Shown here: positions 1-11,557 of the stretch, in pieces | How the letters are laid out: the number at the start of each line of letters is the position of its first letter | How positions within the stretch are numbered: the first letter of the stretch is position 1 | From: Antedon mediterranea | Taxonomy: Eukaryota; Animalia; Echinodermata | Reading direction: 5' to 3' | Assembly (NCBI RefSeq): GCF_964355755.1 | Contig: NC_092673.1 | Location: 20,395,648 to 20,459,647 of the forward strand | DNA length: 64,000 nucleotides | Notes under the pieces: model-generated | Database searches by the model: none | Told to the model about the DNA's origin: nothing | Seen by the model: the letters and a program-made list of their open reading frames with translations, nothing else | Program-made: the position numbers and the translations under genes

Positions 1-340
1 CTTATTATAGGGCCCGTTGATATTTAGCTTTACTCTGGTATAAGTTGCGTTTACACATACACAAACCTTGGTAGGAACCAACTTACCCGGGTAAATAAAT
101 AAGCCTATTCTATATAGGGCCCGTTCATGTTTAGTTTTACCCGGGTAGGCGCTAGCCTATAAGTTGAGTTGACATACAAAGTCTTCCGAACTTTGGTAGG
201 AACCAACTTACCCGGTTAAATAACTAAGCTTATTCTATATAGCGCCTGTTTATGTTTAACTTTACTCGGGTATAAGTTGCGTTTACATACACAGTCTTCT
301 GAACCTTAGTAGGAACCAACTTACCGGGTAAATAACTATG
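1..340. repeat. Three degenerate tandem copies of a ~110-125 bp unit
   Basis: Recurring blocks tatagggcccgtt..., taagttgcgtttaca and ggtaggaaccaacttacccgggtaaa, with copies starting near 6, 113 and 239. Confidence 0.8.
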
Positions 341-1046
341 CCTGAAGGGTAGATGGAAACTATTAAGAAATATTATTTCGAGCAATAATTTAGTATCCAT
401 AATTTCTTCTCTTTAGGTCAACGCCGTTATACCGATTATATTTATTATAAGCTGTATAGCTATAGTTATAGCTGGTGCGGTTGCCGAACCAATGGATACG
501 TTGATTGGTTTCTTGATAACATGCACAGGCTTCCCGGTGTATTATTTAAAAGGACTTAAACAGCCTGAATGGATGGTATATCGAATTAGTAAGTTAAGCC
601 TACGGATTCGTGTACATCTTGTTTTTCACTCCATTTTAGTCACATTAATATGACGAGCTATTCCAATTGACGTAACGCAAGGACGTAATCGCATTGCACT
701 TTAATTTGACCAATCACCTCGCGATATTATCCAAACTGTCGCTTATGATTGGTCAACAACTTACGTTGCGTTGCACATACGTCATCTGCGTTCCTCCTAT
801 CGTGGAACGAAGCTTAATTGGTAATATGTTGACGTGAACAACGTATAAACGTGCAAATTAATCTTTGTAATGTGAACCATGGCGGTGGACTAATACTAAT
901 TATTTTGATATTGGGGATAACATTTGTAATTATTTTTCAGAACGTTTAACGGATTGTTTACAAAAGTATCTATTAGTAGTGGAAGAAGAATCGGAAGCTG
1001 TGTTGAACAACTAGAATATCATAAAACGTGTTAGCATTTGAATGTT

Positions 1047-1180
1047 AAGCTCTGTCTACACTATCAAACTTTATGTAACAAAAAATGTGATGTGCCCATA
1101 TTTATGGACATGATGATGTCATATCACTACCATATTTGAGCATATCACTACCATATTCGGGTACATCACTACCATATTAT
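1047..1180. mobile_element. Partial copy of MITE family 1 (PIF/Harbinger/Tourist-like)
   Basis: Left TIR agctctgtctacactatcaaact followed by internal atcactaccatatttg repeats, shared with complete copies at 34664, 37089, 38001, 54477 and 58853. Confidence 0.75.
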
Positions 1181-1554
1181 GCACAACTCCCTAGCCACGG
1201 TGTTTTGATTACAGAGCGACGAATGTGAAGAAATTAAATAATCTGCCATCGGTTACTTTATTAACAGATAAATTAATTTGATTACATGTCGTCTGGAAAA
1301 TCGTCGCAAACCACGAGTATGCATTATGTATGATGCTAATTAGGATTGTTTACAACTCGTCATGAGAAGGTTTTTTTCACACAAAACAAAAAACGTCTGT
1401 ATTTCAGTTAATTGATTTTTTTCGATAAATGTTTGGTAACTACTATGATACTTCAAAATGACCCACTTTTTATCGAAATCTTTTTTTTATAATTTTTTTG
1501 GAATTAGTCAAAGGGACAATACATCTTTAAAATATGTTTCATGTATAAATGCGC

Positions 1555-1680
1555 TGATTACTCTAGCTGCATTATGGGAGTATGTTTCCGTGTTTGATAA
1601 AAAAAATGACTGGGGTAATGTTCAGCGCTTAGAGGTTTACAACATTAGGCGCTATATAAATCAAGGATATTATTATTATT
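1555..1680 (+). mobile_element. 3' fragment of tRNA-derived SINE
   Basis: agctgcattatgggagtatgtttcc...cagcgcttagag...gcgctatataa...(tat)n tail matches the 3' half of the SINE at 53577-53854. Confidence 0.65.
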
Positions 1681-1859
1681 AAAATGATGTAGAAAGTTTT
1701 TGTTGTTTATTTTAATACTAGGCTACATCATCCTTTTAAGAAACGAAGTTGTATAGCTTTAACATTTTGTTGAAACTGTAAAGTAGCTAAGTACGAGTCA
1801 TACGTACTTGCATAACAATTGTGGTTGCTTGTTTAATGTTGTGGACTCTTATTCTTAGT

Positions 1860-3900
1860 ATTAACTTTTTAGTGATGAGTTGCGGTGGGTCCCGCCGTAT
1901 TCATGAAAGGAAAAAAAAGTTACGATTACGAATTGCGATTGGTTGTACCTAAAAATGAGAATCTTTGATATACAGTAACTTGATGAGTTGTGAGATTGTT
2001 TGGGTCCCTCAGAACGTTTTTCATGAAAAGACAAGAAAGATAAAGATGTTGAGAACATCATCTTGATATCAACTTTTAACCCGTTCATTAAAACAAAAAA
2101 TAGTTACAAATTATAAACAATATATTATATCTATGTATGGTTAAATTTCACAAGCTACAGTAGACTCGAACTTAGCTGTGATTGGTTGTTGTACCTGAGA
2201 TGGTCAAAATAGTGCGTAACGGCTACGAGCGCTAACTGGCTAAATCCATGGGTCCAGAGCTCATTACAGAGCACGAGCAGTCCAATGGAACTACACAGCG
2301 TTGGAGGCTCCCTTGGAGTGCTAAACCTGTGTGTTACGCCACTGGTTGAAACCATCATCTTGTAATAATTTCTTGGTGAGGAGTTATTTCCCGTTTATGA
2401 AAAGAAAAAATGCCACAAGCTAGACTCGAATTCAACTGTGACTGGTTGTTGTACCTGAAATGTTGAAAAAATCATCTTGAAATTCTTCGTGATGAGTTGG
2501 TTTGCGTATTCATGAAAAGAAAAAAATCATTTCAAACATTTGTATATTTGTAAAACGTTTAATTTTTCAAATATCAACTGTGATTGTTTTTGACCTAAAA
2601 TGTCGGAGACATAACCTTAATATTAACTTATTGGTAACGGGTTGTGGTACTTACCGAAAAAAAGGAAAGGAAAAATAGAATTAGTTTAAAAAAACTATAG
2701 TTGTATGTAAAACCCTAGGCTAATTCATAAAAAAAAAATTTATACGTTACCTAAAATGTTGAAAAATGTGCTAAACCATTATCATGTCTACTTCTTGTTG
2801 ATAAGTCTTATTAGTAGTGCTCTCGCCAATTAAGGAAAATAAAGAATTTTCAAAGTTTTAAATACAACAAAATTTAAGAAACAATGTTGGTAGAACTTGT
2901 AATAGCTCGATCAAGGCTGTTTTTAACAACTTTGATTGTATTAACCTTGACTTACAGTACAAAGTGATTAAAATGTTCATACCTAAAATGTTGACATTTA
3001 CTTTATTATGTCGTATCGCCATATCGGAAATTATTACAAACAAATATGTTACGTCTGTTAACATTTTTGTGGATAGAGTTGATAACAAATGTGACTCTTC
3101 TTACCTAAAATGTTAATAACATCAGCTTTGTGTCGATTGTCGATGTAGTTTCCTCGACAAGTATCAATAAAATAAAACCACTTTATTAGTTATTGATTTT
3201 AGCTACGCGTATTTACACAAGCTACACAAATCAATGTATTTCACAGTTATAATTAAATCAATTTAACGTTTAGAGTTTACCTAATATTATGTTGATAACA
3301 AAAGAATAAAGAAAACACGTTACTTAGTTAGCTATATTTACCTAGGTGAACGTCTAAAAGACACACAGATTTTCCACAAAAATATTTAAAGAACAAGTTT
3401 AAGATGTAATTAGCGGTATTAAAAATAAATTTTGATTAGTTAAGGTTAAGTTAGGCCTATTATAGGCCTACACAATATTTAAAGAAAAAGTTTAAGATTT
3501 AATAGCGGTATTAAAAATATATTTTGAATATTTTATTTAGGCCTACCTTGATTGATTGAAATATATATTTATATATCAATCTTAAATTATTTATCTTGGT
3601 CATCATTTGATAGTCGTGGCAGGTTTGCATGAAAAGAAAAAAAAAACAGGTTAAGTTATAGGCCTACACAATATTTAAAGAAAAAGTTTAAGATTTAATA
3701 GCGGTATTAAAAATATATTTTGAATATTTTATTTACCTGAAATTATTTCTCTTGGTCATCATTGGATAGTCGTGGCAGGTTTGCATAAAAAAAAACAAAC
3801 AGCAGGTTAAGTTATACAATAATAAAATGGTATAGATTTGGTAGGGAAAAAAGTTGTATAATATTACAAATAATATAATAATAATTTACCTATAATAGGT
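1860..3900. repeat. Degenerate tandem array (~120-190 bp units)
   Basis: Recurring tacctaaaatgttga and catgaaaagaaaaaa motifs. Near-identical duplicated blocks at 3461-3538 and 3657-3734. Confidence 0.6.
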
Positions 3901-5419
3901 TAAAGGATTGTCTTGAATAAACGTCATAGTTGTTACCAAAACTGTTTCTAGATACCCTACAATAGAGGAAAACACGGCATGTTGGATTGCTCTTCTCATT
4001 TCTTTAAAGATGTTCAAGATGTTGAAGATGGTCGATCGTCAGCGTCGAAAGCTGTACAAGACTTTCCAAGTTCAACCATCTCGCTGCTTCTAATTGCCAC
4101 TCCTACAATACTTATGCCGATGGAATATACGTCACCGTTAGAATCGCAATCACCGCCAATGTATGATACCTGGATGATCCTGGTTGTGATTGAAGTAGTT
4201 CTCCAACGATGATTAAAAGGTTAACTCTCTTCGTCATCATCACCCGACATCAACACCAACTATAAACCTTGGCTACAGTAGGCTACTGGTTCAAAGCCAA
4301 TACTGTACAACACTATTATGTAATGAAGGCGCTTTCCAGCATCTATTAATTAAAAATAAATTGCGTAGCAGATAATGGGTTTGAATGAATCATGTGACAC
4401 CGTTTTCACCATTTCACATAGGCCCTACTGAAGCTAACGGAAACACACCCTTAAATTGTATGTGAATACTACTTAAAGATAAATATTGTCCACTTACAAT
4501 TTTTTTACAATTTTTTGTTGAATATGCCATTTAATGTTGATGTGTAATAGTATTCACTTTGACCAAAAACTGAATAGAAAAAATGATTTACCTGTAAAAA
4601 AAATGTAATTTAAAGCAAAAAGTAGGCCTACTTAAATTTTGGGGGGTTAAAATCAACTGTTTCGTTTGTCTTTTTATAAGTGAACTTAAATTATGAACTG
4701 AAAAGTGAATCATACTTAAAAAATGACCTATTTAAAGTCTTATTTTACTAATCTTCATTTTTCATGTTTTTCGGGGGACAATAGGCCTACAGTAGGCCTA
4801 TACTTTTTAGTAAAATACTTTTACTTTTTATTTATAAATAATGACAAATATAACTTTTAGTTTATTTTATTTTACAAAAAAGTAAAACATTAGATTGATT
4901 TTCTTATATGATTATAAAAGTTTTTTTTTTGTGTACTTTGCTCAATATAGGTCTTAATATCTATGTTCGTCTAATGCATGCTATTCATCGGCGGCGGTGG
5001 TGACCTCGCTCGCTCCCCGTGAACACGTGAATAGATCGTGATATTATATCAAGGTCTGTTTTATTGTTCTAATTCTGGAACACTCCATTTATGCAATCAT
5101 TAGGGGGAATCGTTTCTAAACATATCTACACAATGCTATATTATCATTTTAAATTACACGAATATATTTTGTATAACTTGGTTTTAATAAGTGTTAATTA
5201 TCTAAAGTGTGATATTCGTAATTTTATATTGTTTTTAATTGTTGTTAATATTAGTCCGTCCTAATGTCACCCCAGCCGACGAGCAATCCATTTTATGAGG
5301 ATTTGTCGTCATTGTTTTTACAGCAGTGCTGTACAGTATATTTTGCAATCGGTGATGTTTCATAGGAAATTTTAAAGTAGTTTTAGTGTATTTTTTACCG
5401 TATTTTACACATGTATACA

Positions 5420-6461
5420 ATGGCGGAGAAGGCTTATAATGCGCAGAAGTTGACTAAGAAAAGGTAGTGTTGTTATTTTGTTATTTAACGTCTATTTAGC
5501 AAAGTAAATTAGCTGTCAAAATCAACATTAATTTGCGGAGAATCCAGGGAGTTTCCTCACGTACAATCAGCCCAGCTGATCGTACGTTGGATGTTGGATA
5601 TAATAAATACTGTTACCTTACCGTTTAGGCTTAGGCTAGCCTATATGTGTTCTTGGTTTAATATTTATATTGCTATTTAGATAAGGATTCAACTTACGGT
5701 AATTAAATATTATAATTTATTATAATAATATTAATATATTCTATTTATAATAAACTAGCTTGGCCAAAACAACACCATTTTTTAATATAATTATATAATT
5801 TATTGAACATACGCTTTAATAATAATATTAACATAACAGCAGCACAACAATGGTTAAAATTACAATTAAAATTATTAAAATATTCTCATAAAACTTACGG
5901 TAATTAAATATTATAATTTATTATAATAATATTAATATATTCTATTTATAATAAACTAGCTTGGCCAAAACAAAACCATTTTTTAATATACTGTAATTAT
6001 ATAATTTATTGAACATACGCTTTAATATTAACATAACAGCAGCACAACAATGGTTAAAATTACAATTAAAATTATTAAAATATTCTCATAAAATATACAT
6101 CTGTTATTGTTAATCCCTTCGTGTTTAAAAAAATACAAATAATAATATAGTAAATTTGTATTCGTAGCGGTATCATACAAAAAAAATTATTTTTGCTAAA
6201 TATATTGTTTATTTCAGAGAGTTAATTGAGGATTTTCATCCTGAAATGTGCAATAGTACAAGTGGTGGTAGTGGTGCTAAACGTGTAGCTAAAGAGGAAA
6301 GAAAAGAGATTGAACCTGTGACAGAAATTGAGCAAAAGGAAAACTACTGCCCAAATATGGATGTCAATCAGAATATTAACGCAGCTGATGATGAACAAGA
6401 ATCGGTTTGGGGACCTATCTTCAAAAACAGAGAAACGTTCGTGGAAATGCACCTTTTTTAA
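5420..6461 (+). pseudogene. Possible two-exon gene fragment of unknown function (MAEKAYNAQKLTKKR/ELIEDFHPEMCNST...), likely degraded or TE-derived
   Basis: ATG at 5420, phase-2 donor AG|gtagtg after 5463 and acceptor tttcag| before 6218 join in frame to the 6246-6461 ORF. The frame then closes, and no domain is recognised. Confidence 0.3.
5691..6093. repeat. ~200 bp direct tandem duplication
   Basis: aacttacggtaattaaatattata...tattctcataaaa present twice (5691-5892 and 5892-6093) with few differences. Confidence 0.9.
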
Positions 6462-7709
6462 CCGAAACTGCTGAATCACTTTGCAGCTACCTACTTACAA
6501 CAACGCTGCATATATAAAACTTTCGTATATTGAATGAAGACAACAAAATTGAATTTCCTTTCTGGTCCGGAAACTGTCAGAAAATTACTTACAAACTGTA
6601 GTGAACTCTGTGAACTTTTATAACTGTCAGGGAATCTCACAATGCCCTTGGACTACATGCTTTCTCAACAAAAAAGAACCGATAACAATCAGATCTGATG
6701 ATTAATGTGCTTTTTAACATATAATATTATAATAATATATTAATGTACAGTATATCATTACACGGTAGTCTGCTTTTAGTTGTATACAGTATTGTAGCCT
6801 GGTGTTATTTGTTGAATAAATAACAGTATTAGTAATGTACGGTATCATGAAATGAATTTTAGTTCTGTCTTTTGATGATGAATTAAGATGTTTCAGTATA
6901 AACTGGTTTTGATTATTATATGAATTTTCCATATTTTTTAATTACAGTAATCAATAATGATTTATTTGGCTTGTATGATGCCAATAACTTTAATGCTGGT
7001 ATATAACTCATTTAGCACCATCCATTATTTTACAAATGCATGAACTTAAGCATGCTTGCTTACCGCTAAGCTAAAAATCTATAAAAACATAAATAAATAC
7101 ACACTGATTCTGGACGACCCAATTAATTCCTCCAATCATGTCAGGGAAAAATTTCATCTTAAAATTTTGTTTAGCAATATTGCTAATAAAACTGATTTTT
7201 GAGTCGAGAAACATAGTTTTCTATAGTATATTTTGCTACACCATTGTAGAAATGTGTAGCAAGAAGGTTGTTTTGTATAGCTTTTTGCTATGCTACACTG
7301 GCGAAATTATTCCCTGCATGTATTAATCCATGCTCCAACTATAAAGTATTAGTTGTTTTCTTATGAGTGCAAAAATGTAATCCGATACTCGACGTTTCAG
7401 GCCGTGTCTCCACAGCCGATAAAATTAGGAAATTATAGAGGGCGCTATATAAGCATGGACCACAGAGCCGCCATATGGACCATATAATATAAAGATCTTT
7501 GTTGGCGTGGACATTTATTTATTTATTTGGATCTACACCTTTAGATTGGTGGCACACTTATAGTACAAATATACATCTCATAAAATAACAAAATATATAA
7601 TATATAAAATACAAAAGAAAAACAAATTAACATACAGAAAAGTGTAAAAGCAAACAAAAAGAAGATATAAACTAAATCAAATGAAAACATAACATACAAA
7701 CAATCCTTG

Positions 7710-8805
7710 CCCGAAACACTCCCACTCCTACCTGAAACACTCCCGCCCCTACCCGCAACACTCCCGCCCCTACCCGCAACACTCCCGCCCCTACCCGAAA
7801 CACCCCACTCCTACCCGAAACACTCCCACTCCTACCCGAAACACTCCCACTCCTACCTGAAACACTCCCGCCCCTACCCGCAACACTCCCGCCCCTACCC
7901 GCAACACTCCCGCCCCTACCCGAAACACTCCCGCCCCTACCCGAAACACTCCCGCCCTTACCCGAAACACTCCCGCCACTACCCGCAACACCCTGCACTC
8001 CTACCCGAAACACTCCTACCCGAAACACTCCCGCCCCTACCCGCAACACCCTGCACTCCTACCCGAAACACTCCCGCCCCTACCCGAAACACCCCACTCC
8101 TACCTGAAACACTCCCGCCCCTACCCGAAACACTCCCGCCCTACCCGAAACACCCCACTCCTACCCGAAACACTCCCGCCCCTACCCGAAACACTCCCGC
8201 CCCTACCCGAAACACCCCACTCCTACCCGAAACACTCCCACTCCTACCTGAAACACTCCCGCCCCTACCCGCAACACTCCCGCCCCTACCCGCAACACTC
8301 CCGCCCCTACCCGAAACACTCCCGCCCCTACCCGAAACACTCCCGCCCTTACCCGAAACACTCCCGCCACTACCCGCAACACCCTGCACTCCTACCCGAA
8401 ACACTCCTACCCGAAACACTCCCGCCCCTACCCGCAACACCCTGCACTCCTACCCGAAACACTCCCGCCCCTACCCGAAACACCCCACTCCTACCTGAAA
8501 CACTCCCGCCCCTACCCGAAACACTCCCGCCCTACCCGAAACACCCCACTCCTACCCGAAACACTCCCGCCCCTACCCGAAACACTCCCGCCCCTACCCG
8601 AAACACTCCCGCCCCTACCCGAAACACTCCCGCCCCTACCTGAAACACTCCCGTCCCTACCCGCAACACCCCACTCCTACCCGCAACACCCTGCACTCCT
8701 ACCCGAACACCCCACTCCTACCCGAAACACTCCCGCCCCTACCCGCAACACCCCACTCCTACCCGCAACACTCCTGCCCCTACCCGAAACACTCCTGCCC
8801 CTACC
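7710..8805. repeat. C-rich 22-bp minisatellite (cctacccgaaacactcccgccc)n with higher-order duplication
   Basis: About 50 variant units are directly visible. The repetitive ORFs 7672-8892 are translations of this repeat. Confidence 0.97.
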
Positions 8806-10857
8806 AGTTTTAAAAATAAAACATACTTCTTCCTCAATTAAAGATAAAAGAAATAAAATATAGTAACAGTGTACAGAACTAAATAAAATCAACTGTTAAC
8901 ACAACAACTTATTACAAAACACCCCCACCCCCTATTTTAAATTTACTTAATATAGCAATGTAGATAATAGTTATTGTGTCTTTAAAAAATCTTTTACAAA
9001 AACTATCCAAAATATTTTCACTATGTTCTTCATCAATTACATTATAAACATATAAATCGAATAGGTTGTACTGTATAACCACGGTGCTTGTATAGCGCAA
9101 TGTCTGGTTGTTCTGGAGCTAAAGCCGCGCGATTATTACTTATAAGTTATAGAGTCTGTTTCCAAGGAGAAGTTAGATATGTTACATAAAGGAAAATGGT
9201 CCAGCGCCCTCTATACACGTACACAAAAGTAATTAGGCCAAAAATGCGATCCCGTGCTAGATTCATTTCTCTTATAATATAAGTTATACAAGATATGCTA
9301 CAAATTCTTTATAAAATGTTCACCAGAATCAACATAAGGTACCCTACCACTCGTGTTTTTCAGTTTACATGTTGTTTCTCATAAGCAATGGTATCGAAAG
9401 TAAACTAAAGGTAATCTCATATCTTTAATATAAATTAGTAACCGTTTCTTAATTAACCCATCCACACTTACAGACTGATAATCGTCCTTCGATGATTTGT
9501 ATTTTTACATATCACCTGGCTTTCCTCTACAATCGTGTCACGCACAACATAGTTTCACCACTCACACGCTAAGTCTTACACACCTCGTGCAGGGTTGTAA
9601 AATAAATACAACTCCCTGCCTGGTGGATATCCTTTTCTTATGTATTCATTCCGAATTCCAGAAGTCGCAGTGAAGGACGGACATGTCTGTAGGTCTAACA
9701 TTTAGAAGGAACGGTTAGAAGTACAGTGTACATTATTTCTCCATTTGGTTTTTAGAATGTAGACCTAAACAAGACAATATAATAACACTACTTGTACGTA
9801 CGTAGGAGTTATTGGTCCGTTTTTTTACTGACAGCATGCGATTAGTACGCTCAATATGAGGTACCAAAAGTTGTCTCTAGATAGAGGGCGCAATAGTGGG
9901 AAAATAAAATATCTTAGGATTATCAATATTATCTCTTCTGAGAGCCATACGTTGTAAATTTACATGGCTCCGAAAACACTACTGAATGATTGTGAGTGTA
10001 TAGTGACTATGGTGTAAAACAGTCAACAAGCAGAGAGTCAACCTGATCGGTTATAACTTCAGTATTCCAAAAAAAAAAATTAAAAGAAAAAAAAGAATTC
10101 AAATCAATTTTGTTTAAATATATCTTTATTACCATGTAAGGCACAATTGAATAGTAATACCGCCTACTCTAGACTTAAATTATGTACGCTTACATTGTAA
10201 ATCGATAACTTCTTGCAAGGCTTAGCCACAATAATATACATTGAAATTGTCATTTTCCTAATCTAACATAAATAATTGCACTGGCAATAGTCAAGTATTG
10301 CACATATTGTTTTATGCTGCTGTTTATCTCATGAAATGAGAGCCTAAAAGAATATTTTTCAAGCATCTTAATAATTAAACAACATCTAAACATACTAACG
10401 TCTTCTGTTAAAGCTTTGTGTCCAACTTGGAAATACGCGCAATAAGTGAATTGACCAATCACAAGTGACAGTTCGGATGACTCAACGCGTCGTGATTGGT
10501 CAAATTTCTTGCATTGCGTCCTAGTTGGCCGGGACCAATCTTAAAAACTGCAATTCCAGTCAAGTTCACCATTACAGAGGGGATAGATATTCACATTTAA
10601 AGGGTTTAAATATATTTAAAATTAAAAGTCGTTTTAATTAATTAAGTCTAATCGCATGCTCATTAAGAATCTGATCTACAATAGAAAATAATTAATACCT
10701 TACTGCATACTTAAACATTGACAAATCGAAGATCATAGCATAAACCTAGTGCCAATTACAGTAACGCCCATTTACTTTATCAACCATTCAAAAAGTTAAT
10801 TTGTATTGAGCTACAAACAGTATTTTCTAATTGGTTAGCTACGCTATCACAAGTAAC

Positions 10858-11165
10858 GCTTGGTTTCAATGCGCAACGCAAGCGAGTTTACAAATTCAAG
10901 CGACAGTTCTCACAGTTCCATCACTTGTGATTTCTCAAATAAATCCGGTTCGCACTCGAGACGCAACGCAAGGACGTAAACGCAACGCAAGCGTTTTAAC
11001 CAATGACAAGCGAAGTTATAGACAGTTAGCAATCACAAGCGAATAAGCCATCGCAATTGTGATTGGTCAATTCACTTGCGTTGCGTTACGTCCTTGCGTT
11101 GCGTCGCTAGTGGGAACCACGCTTTACTCAGCGTTGCGCTATACGTCCTTGCGTTGCGTCCTTTG
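10858..11165. mobile_element. MITE family 2 copy (TIR agc[gt]tggttcccactag; acgcaacgcaag repeats; Harbinger-like)
   Basis: Same sequence family recurs at ~655-815, 10415-10540, 17200-17285, 30468-30622, 37230-37320, 42274-42968, 58410-58505 and 59248-59390. Confidence 0.75.
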
Positions 11166-11557
11166 TGTAACGGTTTTATGAGAGAGCAACAAATAAAAAA
11201 AATTAATAAAAATGCTGTAAATGAAAAACAGTTTTTCTCTTAGGCTGACTAGTCTACTCAAACCAAACAAGAGTTATAAATTATTAAACCGCATTATAGC
11301 TTTTAAGCAATTATATACACATTAAAATATCAAAGCTATTAATTTCATAAATTAACAATAAATACGAAAAATATTTTTTTACAAATATAAATAGACGAAT
11401 GTATATCATTTTTTAACATTCATTTTTTCATTACAAATGTCTAGTTTTGAAAAAATATATTGGAATGGTTTGAATACTATTTAATTGTAATAAATAAACA
11501 GAAAATATAATTTTGCTGCAGCATTTTCTGTTATTAGTTATATTGGGTTAGATGTTG

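Noticed and set aside
3979-4250. GC-richer coding-like segment
   Set aside because: Stops occur on both strands and no domain is recognisable.
7137-7320. Possible MITE with catg(t)caggga / tccctgcatg ends
   Set aside because: The TIR is short and imperfect, with no clear TSD and no second copy in the window.
7672-8892. Long Pro-rich and Gly/Arg-rich ORFs
   Set aside because: Translations of the 22-bp minisatellite on both strands; no splice or start context.
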